From Candidatus Daviesbacteria bacterium (GTDB lineage: Bacteria; Patescibacteriota; Microgenomatia; Daviesbacterales; UBA10151): a stretch of 64,000 bases of DNA. The translations under genes and the position numbers were made by a program. The DNA is taken from assembly GCA_016432425.1 (NCBI GenBank), contig CP066688.1:578619-642618 (forward strand), read 5' to 3'. Below the pieces are notes generated by a model. That model had not been told where the DNA came from, ran no database searches, and saw only the letters and a program-made list of their open reading frames with translations. Each line of letters starts with the position of its first letter. Within the stretch, counting starts at the first letter, position 1. Positions 37,255 through 46,086 of this stretch are shown one piece after another.

Positions 37255-37691
37255 ATATAAATAAAGGAATTTTAATTGCCATAGCAATTTTAGTTTTAGC
37301 TGGAGGATATATTTTTTACCAAGGTACCCAAAACCAGGGTAGTCCTGCTCCTGCGGTAACTGACAGTTCGCCAACTGCCAGCCCGGCTGAATCAACCGGT
37401 TCTGGAGCGACCGCTGCAGTGAAGGAGTTTAATGTAACAGGATCCAGTTTTAAATTTGATCCGGCCACCATTACTGTGAGTCAGGGTGATACAGTCAAAA
37501 TCAATTTTCGCAATACCGCTGGCACCCATGATTTTAGTCTGGATGATTTTAATGTTAAGACTAAGGTTCTGAAAGCAGATGAAACCGAGACAGTGGAATT
37601 CGTCGCAGACAAAGCAGGGACTTTTGAATATTTTTGTTCAGTGGGAAATCATCGTTCCCTGGGAATGGTAGGTAAGCTAGTAGTTGAGTAG
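37251..37691 (+). CDS. Cupredoxin (blue copper) domain protein
   Basis: HDF...EYFCSVGNHRSLGM type-1 Cu ligands; N-terminal TM. Confidence 0.88.
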   Translation: MNINKGILIAIAILVLAGGYIFYQGTQNQGSPAPAVTDSSPTASPAESTGSGATAAVKEFNVTGSSFKFDPATITVSQGDTVKINFRNTAGTHDFSLDDFNVKTKVLKADETETVEFVADKAGTFEYFCSVGNHRSLGMVGKLVVE

Positions 37692-37720
37692 TTTCCTGAC
37701 TGCGATGGATAAAGATCAAA

Positions 37721-38143
37721 ATGAATGATCAGGGAAGCCTTAAAAGATATTTAGTCATTGTAGCTGATCGGCAACACGGCAGATTTTTTACCATTTTTAT
37801 GGGGACTTTTGAAGATCAGGGAGAATGGGTTGAAGATAAGGATGTCCCACAAAGGATCAAAGCAGAAGGATTTCGGGTAGCTAAAATTGGCCGCCATATT
37901 ATTGAACATCTGCACAAACATTTAAAGCATGTTGGGGATGAAGCTTTAAATTACTTGGTCAAAAGACGTATCAAAGGAATTAATGGTGTGATTTTAGGTA
38001 GCCATCAAGAACTGCTTTCTTCTTTAAAAAAGTCTCTGCCGCCCAAATTAAAAAATAAAGTAGTGGGAGAATTTGTGGCAGATTGGCATTTATCAATTGG
38101 TGATTTGACCGAAAAAGCCAATGAGGTTTTACGTTATAACTAA
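37721..38143 (+). CDS. Host-attachment / baeRF-like (eRF1 domain 2 fold) protein
   Basis: VIVADRQHGRFF, HLHKHLKHV, VILGS...LPPKLK. Confidence 0.55.
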   Translation: MNDQGSLKRYLVIVADRQHGRFFTIFMGTFEDQGEWVEDKDVPQRIKAEGFRVAKIGRHIIEHLHKHLKHVGDEALNYLVKRRIKGINGVILGSHQELLSSLKKSLPPKLKNKVVGEFVADWHLSIGDLTEKANEVLRYN

Positions 38144-38159
38144 AACTTTATCCTATAAT

Positions 38160-38189
38160 TTGACAAAAGGGATTTGCCGGAAATATAAT
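38160..38189 (+). promoter_or_regulatory. Near-consensus sigma70 promoter
   Basis: TTGACA-N18-TATAAT upstream of 38212. Confidence 0.65.
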
Positions 38190-38211
38190 TGCTCTCACAA
38201 CAGTCAATAAC

Positions 38212-38904
38212 ATGCCAGAAAAAGATATATTGCGGGAGGAAATGCAAAAAAGCTCTCTAACTTTAATTAAGCAGGCCCACGAATTAAGCGGGTTGGTAAG
38301 CGAGGCTTTAGAAAAACATGGTTCAACTGATGAGGTAGTGGCTGGTTTAAGAATGGTAGAAGAGTTGGGGCGCTCAAGCAGAGTCATACTAGAAGGCAGT
38401 GGTGGTACAATTTTTCCCAATGGCTCAAACCAGGAAACAGCTCCAGTAGTTGCTCCAGTTAATGAGGCAACAGTAGCAGAAGTTGTTAAGCCGACTACTT
38501 TTGCCCAATTACTTAAGTTAAGAGTGGCAGAATTGTTTGATCCGCAAGTTCCAACAGTATCCAGAGAACAAATAGAGGGAGCCGTTAGGGGTAGAGGTTT
38601 AAGAAAGGCATTTGAAGCAGTAGGTATACCTTTTACAGCAAAGACTTTGGATAGGGGATCGGCTATAAACATAGCCTATATCTGTTTAACCACTCCAGGG
38701 GAAAAGTTTAAACCAGGGCATTCTTTTAATAGAAGATATTTAACAAAGACATTTTTATTTCCGAAACGACTCCAAATAGCGGTACTCTTTAGTTGGGCAA
38801 GTGAGATAGGTTATAACTGGCATAGAAACCCCACAGTTAATGTAGAAGAAGCCATAGGAATAAGAGGATTAGCCATACTTGAATCCAGGATAGCCAAGGT
38901 TTAA
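38212..38904 (+). CDS. Hypothetical protein
   Basis: 230 aa ORF behind a consensus promoter. Confidence 0.55.
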   Translation: MPEKDILREEMQKSSLTLIKQAHELSGLVSEALEKHGSTDEVVAGLRMVEELGRSSRVILEGSGGTIFPNGSNQETAPVVAPVNEATVAEVVKPTTFAQLLKLRVAELFDPQVPTVSREQIEGAVRGRGLRKAFEAVGIPFTAKTLDRGSAINIAYICLTTPGEKFKPGHSFNRRYLTKTFLFPKRLQIAVLFSWASEIGYNWHRNPTVNVEEAIGIRGLAILESRIAKV

Positions 38905-38929
38905 GATAGTAGTAATACCCGCTGTAAAA

Positions 38930-39625
38930 ATGGGATTTTTGGAACAGGAGACCTCACCCCTTGCCTGCCAGCTAAGACGGACTATTACCATAGTTGACGA
39001 AGTGATGTCTAATTTATCAGTTTTGCAGGATGGGTCTAAAGATAGCAGAAATTTAAATAGAGTCCTGAAATCTTTAAAAGATGCCAGAAGATTTGTTTTT
39101 TCCACAGTTCCCACTTTGATGATTATTGAACCTCCGGCAGAGATGGAAGAAGAGATAGCAGCAGATAACTTTCCTCGACAAACATTGTACGGCCGTGTAA
39201 TAAATGTCCAAGAAAATAGTTTGGCTGTCTCTGTTAAATTGGAAGATTTGGAATTGGAGGATGTGAGATTTGTCTTGGGGAAAAGAGCTAAAAATTTTGA
39301 ACAACTAAAACCAAGATTAGTATTATGGACGCGGTCTTTACCGCAAGCAGTTGAACAGTTATTATTGGAAGAAGCTGCTTACCCCACCCTGGGAGATCTG
39401 GAATTTATAGATGCCCTAGGGTTTGAGCCAGCCCTGGTCGCTGACTGGTTTATTAAAGATAATCTTATCGTCCCAGCATTTGCCAGAGAAAGAAGAGCGG
39501 TTTATATCAGGCAGTTTTGGAAACTATATCATTTATGGAAAAAAGGGTCACATTTCCACGACGCCTGGTTACACCAAATATTTGAATATGCTGCCCTAGC
39601 CACTACAATAAAAATTAAGGCTTAA
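38930..39625 (+). CDS. Hypothetical protein carrying an in-frame palindromic insert
   Basis: 231 aa ORF; the peptide GRVINVQENSL is shared with YchF. Confidence 0.55.
   Translation: MGFLEQETSPLACQLRRTITIVDEVMSNLSVLQDGSKDSRNLNRVLKSLKDARRFVFSTVPTLMIIEPPAEMEEEIAADNFPRQTLYGRVINVQENSLAVSVKLEDLELEDVRFVLGKRAKNFEQLKPRLVLWTRSLPQAVEQLLLEEAAYPTLGDLEFIDALGFEPALVADWFIKDNLIVPAFARERRAVYIRQFWKLYHLWKKGSHFHDAWLHQIFEYAALATTIKIKA
39175..39223 (+). repeat. CGGCCG-core palindromic element, copy 1
   Basis: 44/49 identical to 58601-58649. Confidence 0.9.
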
Positions 39626-39726
39626 GTTTATCTCTTACAAGTTTATTTGCCAGTACTAATTAAATATTAACCTCAATAGGATAGGCTAAAATGTTATGCA
39701 AGAGACTTGAATTAGTCTTCAGATAG

Positions 39727-40368
39727 ATGATTTTTACCGATAGATCTGAGGCTGGTAAAAGACTGGCCGTTAAGCTGAAACCTTATCGAAATAAGAATCC
39801 CATTATTCTGGCTCTGCCCAGAGGGGGAGTACCAGTCGGTTTTGAGGTAGCAAAAATTTTACATGCTCCACTAGAGGTGGTAGTGGCCCGTAAAATTGGT
39901 GCTCCCAGCAACGCTGAGTTAGGTATTGGGGCAATTTCAGAAGAAGGTGTGAAAGTTTTGGATGAGGATACAATTGCCTTGCTTGGTCTATCGGAGGACG
40001 AAATTAAAGATGTTGTTGAACGGGAGGAAAGAGAGCTAAAAAGAAGGATAGACTTTTACAGGCAAGGAAAACCTTTGCCAAATTTCACTGGCAAAACTGC
40101 CATTTTAGTTGATGACGGTTTGGCTACCGGAGTAACTGCCAAAGCTGCCACTCTGGCAGTAAAAAAATTAAATCCTCGAAAAATTATTTTTGCCACGCCG
40201 GTTTGTGCAAAAGACAGTACAGCTAAACTGTCGACCCAAATTGACAGTGTTATTTGCATCTTTAAGCCTTTTGAATTTAGGGCAGTAGGGCCTTGGTACA
40301 AAGAATTTAAACAAGTTTCAGATGAGGAAGTAGTAGATAAGCTCAAAAAAGCTAAAAAATTTATATGA
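39727..40368 (+). CDS. Type I phosphoribosyltransferase family protein
   Basis: FTDRSEAG, LPRGGVPV, ILVDDGLATG. Confidence 0.88.
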   Translation: MIFTDRSEAGKRLAVKLKPYRNKNPIILALPRGGVPVGFEVAKILHAPLEVVVARKIGAPSNAELGIGAISEEGVKVLDEDTIALLGLSEDEIKDVVEREERELKRRIDFYRQGKPLPNFTGKTAILVDDGLATGVTAKAATLAVKKLNPRKIIFATPVCAKDSTAKLSTQIDSVICIFKPFEFRAVGPWYKEFKQVSDEEVVDKLKKAKKFI

Positions 40369-41009
40369 TTCCATTGTCCGATACAAAGCTTTTAAGTAAA
40401 TTTTCAATTTGGGTGCCGATGATAATTTTGCTTAATGTTTATGTTTTTTACCTAGAGCTGACTGCCTCCAACCCCGATATGGTAATTGCCCGGTATGCTT
40501 TAATTTCCTCTCAAGTTAATTTTGATAATTTGAGAACACTCATTCCTTTTATCTCCAGCCAATTTCTGCATGGAGGTTTCTTACATATAATTTCCAATAT
40601 GCTGTTTCTGTGGGTTTTTGGCAGGAATGTGGAAGCAAGATGGAGGATATTTTTCCCAGTGCTTTATTTGGGTAGTGGGGCAGTGGGAGGATTAGTTCAG
40701 CATTTAATAGATCCTTTTTCTAATATCCCCATGTTGGGAGCCTCAGGGGCGGTAGCCGGAGTGTTGGGATCATATTTTACTTTTTTCCCCCGCCATAAAA
40801 TCAAAACTCTGATCTTCGTTTTCTTTTTTGTCACCATAGTGGAAATCCCTGCCGCCGTATTGCTATTTTATTGGTTTATGATCCAGGTTTTGGCTTTATC
40901 GATTTTCCCTGTCGGCCAGGGAGGTATAGCCTACGCTGCCCATGTGGGGGGTTTTGCCACAGGTTTAGTAATTTCACAACTATTTTTTAGGATAGGCTCT
41001 ACTAAATGA
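40365..41009 (+). CDS. Rhomboid intramembrane serine protease
   Basis: FLHGGFLHIISNM, GASGA, AHVGG. Confidence 0.92.
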   Translation: MIPLSDTKLLSKFSIWVPMIILLNVYVFYLELTASNPDMVIARYALISSQVNFDNLRTLIPFISSQFLHGGFLHIISNMLFLWVFGRNVEARWRIFFPVLYLGSGAVGGLVQHLIDPFSNIPMLGASGAVAGVLGSYFTFFPRHKIKTLIFVFFFVTIVEIPAAVLLFYWFMIQVLALSIFPVGQGGIAYAAHVGGFATGLVISQLFFRIGSTK

Positions 41010-41824
41010 AGACAATTTCGACAGGTTATTTTGCGCCGGAGAGCATATTTCGCAAAGTTTGGCGGGAACGTCTGCAACTCTTAGGGGCCACCAGGGCACT
41101 TCTTATGCAACTGGCCCATCCTTTGGTGGCCTCCGGAGTTGCGGGTTATAGCCATTTTCAATCTGATCCGCTAAAAAGGCTTCATCGAACCGTAGATACT
41201 ATGGTCGCTATTATTTTTGGAGAAAAATCCCAAGCTGATGCTGCGCTGGCTAAATTAAATCATATCCACCAACAAGTTAAAGGTAAACTTCCTTTTTCAG
41301 CAGGCCCCTTTCCCAAAGGGAGCAGTTATAGTGCTAATGACCCTGATTTAAAACTGTGGGTCCATGCTACTTTAATGGATACAGGGCTGTGGACCTATGA
41401 GTATTTTGTTAAGCCCCTCAGCTCAAAAGAGAAAAAGCTTTTTTATAAAGACAGCCAAAAATTAGCCTCCCTGATGGGGATTCCACAACAGATGATCCCT
41501 CCCACTTTGGATGATTTTAATGAGTATCTAAAAAATATGTTGGAAAGTGGGGTGATCACGGTAACTCCTCAGGCTAAAAAATTAGCGGCTGATATTATTA
41601 ACCCGCCAGTGAAGCCAATACTTAAACCATTTGTGGGTTTAGTAAATACCGTGGCTGCTTATTCCCTGCCAAAATCGTTAAGAGAGGCTTATGGTCTTAA
41701 ATATACTAAAGGTGATCAGGCTAGATTAAAGATGATGACGCAGGCAATCCAGGTATTTTTACCTCTTACCCCTCCTATAGTCCGTTTCATGCATCTGCCT
41801 AAATCCTTCTTGACTAAGAGATAA
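41006..41824 (+). CDS. MpaB/DUF2236 oxygenase-like protein
   Basis: ALLMQLAHP.VA.GV, YSANDP.L.LWVHATL. Confidence 0.85.
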   Translation: MKTISTGYFAPESIFRKVWRERLQLLGATRALLMQLAHPLVASGVAGYSHFQSDPLKRLHRTVDTMVAIIFGEKSQADAALAKLNHIHQQVKGKLPFSAGPFPKGSSYSANDPDLKLWVHATLMDTGLWTYEYFVKPLSSKEKKLFYKDSQKLASLMGIPQQMIPPTLDDFNEYLKNMLESGVITVTPQAKKLAADIINPPVKPILKPFVGLVNTVAAYSLPKSLREAYGLKYTKGDQARLKMMTQAIQVFLPLTPPIVRFMHLPKSFLTKR

Positions 41825-41920
41825 AAAATTGCTACTTTTGTCCATAGTTTAGCTTGACACCTTCGAGGTGGAAGCATAAATTAATTTAAATCTGGTAATT
41901 TTCTCCCAAAAGTCCCTATT

Positions 41921-41966
41921 GTACTGAGCGTATTTATGGTGAGCTTAGTCGAACCAGTCGAAGTAT
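41921..41966 (-). repeat. Nested TTCGAC..GCTCA double element (intergenic)
   Basis: Reverse complement is 41/46 identical to 58087-58132. Confidence 0.88.
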
Positions 41967-41974
41967 AAAATTTG

Positions 41975-42400
41975 CTATTTTGTGGGAAAATTAACTAAAT
42001 TTTCCATAACTCTTTTTTCAATGATTTTTAGAATTTTATTTTTATCTTTTGGATCAGATTCAGAAACTGCAAAAGCAAGAGTGTAAAGGGCTAATGGATC
42101 AATATTTATCCACTTTCCATTTAAACTTAAAAAAGCAAGCAAAGCCATAACAGCTATTCTTTTGTTACCGTTTTTAAATGGATGATTTTTAATCAATGAA
42201 TAAAAAAGTATTGCTGCCTGTTTTTCAAGAGTTGGATAGAGGAATTTTCCTCCAAAAGTTTGTTTTGGTGCACCTAAAGAAGATTCCAATAAGCCATTGT
42301 CTCTGGTTGAGTAATTAGGTATGGGTTCCTGAAAAGTCATTAGTTCTCTAGCAAGATCAAAGCAAAGGAATTCAAAATCTTGTGGTTCCAACCATCTCAT
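41975..42400 (-). CDS. Death-on-curing (Doc/Fic) family toxin
   Basis: RDNGLLESSL..P, KAA-like QAAILFYSLIKNHPFKNGNKRIA. Confidence 0.88.
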   Translation of the reverse strand: MRWLEPQDFEFLCFDLARELMTFQEPIPNYSTRDNGLLESSLGAPKQTFGGKFLYPTLEKQAAILFYSLIKNHPFKNGNKRIAVMALLAFLSLNGKWINIDPLALYTLAFAVSESDPKDKNKILKIIEKRVMENLVNFPTK

Positions 42401-42528
42401 GTAGAGGCAAGTTTTTTGAAAGTTAAGGCATATTGTTTTATACCCTGCTCAACAGCCTTTTTGATTAAACTCGCTTTTTGAGGGTTTTGCTTTTGATATT
42501 TAGCTGGAGAAAACTTTTTCTTATCCAT
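42397..42528 (-). CDS. 43 aa putative antitoxin of the Doc toxin
   Basis: MDKKKFSPAKYQKQNPQKASLIKKAVEQGIKQYALTFKKLAST; ATGA overlap with the toxin start; TGTTATCAT -10 box upstream. Confidence 0.7.
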   Translation of the reverse strand: MDKKKFSPAKYQKQNPQKASLIKKAVEQGIKQYALTFKKLAST

Positions 42529-42576
42529 AAAAATATGATAACACAGAAATTAGATGAAATCTAGACAATATTTCCC

Positions 42577-42601
42577 ATGGTTCGATCAGACTCACCACAA
42601 A
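42577..42601 (+). repeat. GGTTCGA..CTCACC element
   Basis: atggttcgatcagactcaccacaaa matches the inner unit of the nested elements. Confidence 0.7.
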
Positions 42602-42793
42602 GAAAGTCCTGAAATTTGCTGAAATCCTTGGGTTTGAAGCTATTTAACCCCTGGGGTTGGAATGTTTCCTATTTCATTTATACCACGACCGTAGCATAAG
42701 TGTATTAATGTAATCCATAACTAGTAATTTAATATTGAATGTCCTAAAATTTGCCTAACAATTCTCCGTACGCACATCAAAAGTGATCTATAG

Positions 42794-42815
42794 TACAAAA
42801 TCCCTAGGTGTCTAC
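42794..42815 (+). repeat. 22 bp exact direct repeat, copy 1
   Basis: tacaaaatccctaggtgtctac, also at 46027-46048. Confidence 0.9.
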
Positions 42816-42880
42816 CTAGCACACACCCGGTGTGTGTAAGTGTGTGTAATAACATGCCGACGATGTTGGATTCAGTGTCC

Positions 42881-42985
42881 TTAAATGAAATATATTTTCC
42901 AACCAAAAACTTTTGAGTAAAAATCAGATGCTCTTTGTCTATCTTTAGCAGGCATTTCAAAATGGACAACAGGGTTCATTTTCAT
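42881..42985 (-). pseudogene. Truncated VOC/glyoxalase family gene
   Basis: MKMNPVVHFEMPAKDRQRASDFYSKVFGWK then a premature stop; own TGTTATAAT promoter. Confidence 0.7.
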
Positions 42986-43056
42986 AAAAAAGATTATAAC
43001 ATAAAATTTTCTAAATATTTTTTGCTTTTTTACTTAGTTTTAGTATAATCTCTCCA

Positions 43057-43857
43057 ATGGTAGAACCCTTTAATGGTGATCTGAGTTTAATAAATAGACA
43101 AGACTTGGCTCCAATGAATATTGGGACCTCTTTACAAAAAGAAAGACCAGTTTTGAAAGAAACTATTGGGGTTGTGCCCATTTGGTTAGGATTAAGAGAA
43201 TTAGATGATAGAGATGATCATGAGTTAGATCAGAGAAATGATTTAGCCGGGTTTCACCGGGAACTAACGCGGTCTAGGCGATTTGGGCTTTATCCTTCAT
43301 TTGAGTTTCCTACAGCGGAAATGATGGAAGATGATAATCCAGACTTTCAGCAGGCGAATAGAGATTTTTTTACTTTCCTTAACGAAACGAAAGATCGACC
43401 TCTGGCAGTTTTTGTCGTAGCATCTGAAAAAATTGCTAAAAGACCCTGGTTTCTATCTATGGGTCAAACTATTAGTGATTGGAGAAGAAAACTGAATGCT
43501 TCTGATGCGTTTACTTATAAAATAATTCTGGGTAGATCTTTTGATTTTTATAAAGAAGGAAGGACAGATCCAGATGGTCATTTTTCAAAGAGCTCTATGA
43601 GAGCAGCTGATTTTGGGGCTGTATATTTACCATATAATCATGATCATCCTTCAGTTAGCCTTAGAAGGTTAGTAGAATATATGAATAGAGTTATGGGTTG
43701 TGATTTGCCAGGTAGAGAATTTCCAGGTTATTCTTTTGAAGATTTAAGAAAAATGGCAGATCATATTAATCAGGAAGATTTCAATGCTTGGGGTCCCAGA
43801 GAAGGTGCAATTCCAAAATATCCCATTGTTAATGGAAGACCCCAATTTGCTTTCTAA
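43057..43857 (+). CDS. Hypothetical protein
   Basis: 266 aa ORF with TATAAT 7 nt before the ATG. Confidence 0.65.
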   Translation: MVEPFNGDLSLINRQDLAPMNIGTSLQKERPVLKETIGVVPIWLGLRELDDRDDHELDQRNDLAGFHRELTRSRRFGLYPSFEFPTAEMMEDDNPDFQQANRDFFTFLNETKDRPLAVFVVASEKIAKRPWFLSMGQTISDWRRKLNASDAFTYKIILGRSFDFYKEGRTDPDGHFSKSSMRAADFGAVYLPYNHDHPSVSLRRLVEYMNRVMGCDLPGREFPGYSFEDLRKMADHINQEDFNAWGPREGAIPKYPIVNGRPQFAF

Positions 43858-43870
43858 CTAGTATGAAAAA

Positions 43871-44050
43871 CCTCTGAGACCCCCCGCCCTCTTTTAGGGC
43901 GTGTGGTGAAAGAGGAAGGCACAAAACAGGTGGTAGAATAGTTTGAGTATGGGGTTAGTTAAACAAGCACATTCAGTTACAGAACTAATCTATCATTTTA
44001 CCTTCATACCTAAATACCGAAAACGCATTCCCACATTCTAAGTGGGAAGC
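43871..44050 (+). mobile_element. Internally deleted IS200/IS605 family element
   Basis: Left hairpin cctct..cgccct-ctttt-agggcg..agagg; TnpA N-terminus MGLVKQAHSVTELIYHFTFIPKYRKR (43949-44041); right hairpin ttcccac/gtgggaa. Confidence 0.8.
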
Positions 44051-44097
44051 TAGTTTGCTCAAATTATAAATTTTAAAAAAATGTTATAGTGGAGTTA

Positions 44098-44571
44098 ATG
44101 CCTAAGGATATTCTCAAACTTATTTTATCCATTGGTCTTTGTTTGGGGGCTGGGATAATAGGATCTTTTTTTACAGTTTCCTCAATTCCTACCTGGTATG
44201 CTACTTTAAATAAACCCAGTTTTTCTCCACCCAACTGGATTTTTGGGCCTGTCTGGACAGTGCTTTATATTTTAATGGGAGTTTCACTCTATTTAGCGTT
44301 AAGCGGAAAGGGTAAAGGGGAAAGAGAAAAAGCAGTAAGAATTTTTGCTATGCAACTTTTTTTAAATATAGCTTGGTCTGTCATATTTTTTGGGATGAGA
44401 AATCCAATTTTGGCTTTTGTAGATATTGTCTTTTTATGGATAGCAATTTTCTTAACCATCAAAAGTTTCTACAAAATCAATAAACTGGCTGGGAATTTAC
44501 TAATTCCATATCTTCTTTGGGTCAGTTTTGCTTCAATCCTTAATTTAGCTATAGTTCTGTTAAACTCTTAA
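44098..44571 (+). CDS. tspO: TspO/MBR tryptophan-rich sensory protein
   Basis: WYATLNKPSFSPPNWIFGPVWTVLY, PYLLWVSFA. Confidence 0.93.
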   Translation: MPKDILKLILSIGLCLGAGIIGSFFTVSSIPTWYATLNKPSFSPPNWIFGPVWTVLYILMGVSLYLALSGKGKGEREKAVRIFAMQLFLNIAWSVIFFGMRNPILAFVDIVFLWIAIFLTIKSFYKINKLAGNLLIPYLLWVSFASILNLAIVLLNS

Positions 44572-44581
44572 TAAGGTTGAT

Positions 44582-45292
44582 TTAGGGTTTGCAGAGGGTG
44601 CTTGTGGAGCCGGATTTGGAATCTGCCGGAGGCAGAGATTTTACTTTGGCGCTGTCTTGTGGTGGCAGCAGGTCAAACCAGCAAACAGCATTATCCCTTG
44701 GGTTTGAGAAAATTTTACCCCTCGCATCATACACTCCAAAATCCACAAAAACATTGGTGTTATTTTTAAATCCCACAGCTGTGGCTATAACTTCCCCTTG
44801 TTTGACACTGACTGGTTCTATATGGGTGGTTCTGGAATCATCTACTTTTGCTTTTGGTAACTTTTCTGCCATTGCTGTAAATTTTGGCGCCAGAGTTAGC
44901 AAATGGTCAAAACGGTAGCGAATACCGCAGGGGGCAACAAAATCAAACATATACTGTACCTCACCCATCTCAATGTATCTGCTGGCATCCTGCAGCTCAC
45001 TATCCATGGCCGCCCTGACTTCTATCTCATCATTTTTTGAATTATCAAATCTAAAACCTCCGTGCGGTTTAAAATCCCCACCGCGCTCCTGGCCCGGGTA
45101 AAGGATGGAAGTAACCTGGTTTAAATCAACAGGGGTTTGGAGAATGAGGGGTTCCGGGCAAGGAGGTTGTTGAGACTGGCTAACCAGGGGGAAACCAGGA
45201 GGTGGTGGTCCAAAGCCACCCCTTGTAAGAAAGCCAAAAATCATGATACCTAAAACTACCAAAACAACACCAATAATTACCTTGGGCAGCAT
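44582..45292 (-). CDS. Membrane-anchored hypothetical protein (M23-like hybrid motif possible)
   Basis: N-terminal TM; FDHL, VKQGEVIA, DFGVYD. Confidence 0.6.
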   Translation of the reverse strand: MLPKVIIGVVLVVLGIMIFGFLTRGGFGPPPPGFPLVSQSQQPPCPEPLILQTPVDLNQVTSILYPGQERGGDFKPHGGFRFDNSKNDEIEVRAAMDSELQDASRYIEMGEVQYMFDFVAPCGIRYRFDHLLTLAPKFTAMAEKLPKAKVDDSRTTHIEPVSVKQGEVIATAVGFKNNTNVFVDFGVYDARGKIFSNPRDNAVCWFDLLPPQDSAKVKSLPPADSKSGSTSTLCKP

Positions 45293-45323
45293 ATATTCAG
45301 TTTAACACATATGTTACAGTTAA

Positions 45324-46040
45324 TTGGTGCCTTTTAATTGGAAAAATAACTACAAGTTACCTTTTAGTTTTATTATCTTTTTTGTGCTGGCCTTTTTTCT
45401 TTTAGGGGAACAGCTTCCTGCGCTACCTACTTACTTGTTCGGACCGGGAATTGGTGGTGATGGTCCTGTTAAACTTCACATATTGGATCTTGGTCTAACT
45501 GATTCACTTCATCGCCCTGTGGCATATTTGATAATAGGTACAGTAATTTGGATTCTTTTTAGAATATTTACCTGGCCTTTAGCCTGGTTTGGGGGAGCAG
45601 TTCTTTGGATATTGGAGCAACAGACCCTAACTCCGCTTGATCAGCGCCCGACACTGATTAATGCCATAATTTTTACATTTACTTTCTGGGTTCTTCTTAC
45701 CTTAGTCCCATATTTTATTTTCAGATGGGTGGATAAAAAATGGGGAGGAGTTGGTATTAGGAATGCCATCTTGGTTGTACTGGTGATAAACCTTTTAGTC
45801 TCTGGTTTTTTTGCTTATCAGATTTATGTTCTGAATAACTCATATCGTGGTCTGCACAAAAATACAGGACAGCAGGGAGTTTCACCAAAAGTGTTGCCTC
45901 CAAACACTTGCCCTGACAGTTTAATGACAGAGAAAGATAAACAGACAGCTGTCTATTGGAATGGAAAGACTCTTCCGGTATCTGCGGAAGAACAAAAATG
46001 GGTAGAAAAAAACTGCCCGGGAGCACTACAAAATCCCTAG
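45324..46040 (+). CDS. Multi-pass membrane hypothetical protein
   Basis: Several TM segments; its 3' end and stop lie in the 22 bp repeat. Confidence 0.6.
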   Translation: MVPFNWKNNYKLPFSFIIFFVLAFFLLGEQLPALPTYLFGPGIGGDGPVKLHILDLGLTDSLHRPVAYLIIGTVIWILFRIFTWPLAWFGGAVLWILEQQTLTPLDQRPTLINAIIFTFTFWVLLTLVPYFIFRWVDKKWGGVGIRNAILVVLVINLLVSGFFAYQIYVLNNSYRGLHKNTGQQGVSPKVLPPNTCPDSLMTEKDKQTAVYWNGKTLPVSAEEQKWVEKNCPGALQNP

Positions 46041-46048
46041 GTGTCTAC
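46027..46048 (+). repeat. 22 bp exact direct repeat, copy 2
   Basis: tacaaaatccctaggtgtctac. Confidence 0.9.
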
Positions 46049-46086
46049 TAAGACGAAGTCGCAAGCTATGCTTATATAAAGAATTA

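Noticed and set aside
38148-38672. 174 aa antisense ORF, and similar ones such as 31619-32026 and 61476-61967
   Set aside because: Shadow ORFs opposite better supported genes, with no motifs
42721-42969. 82 aa minus-strand ORF in the track
   Set aside because: It is out of frame with the recognisable glyoxalase fragment and runs through repeats; probably spurious
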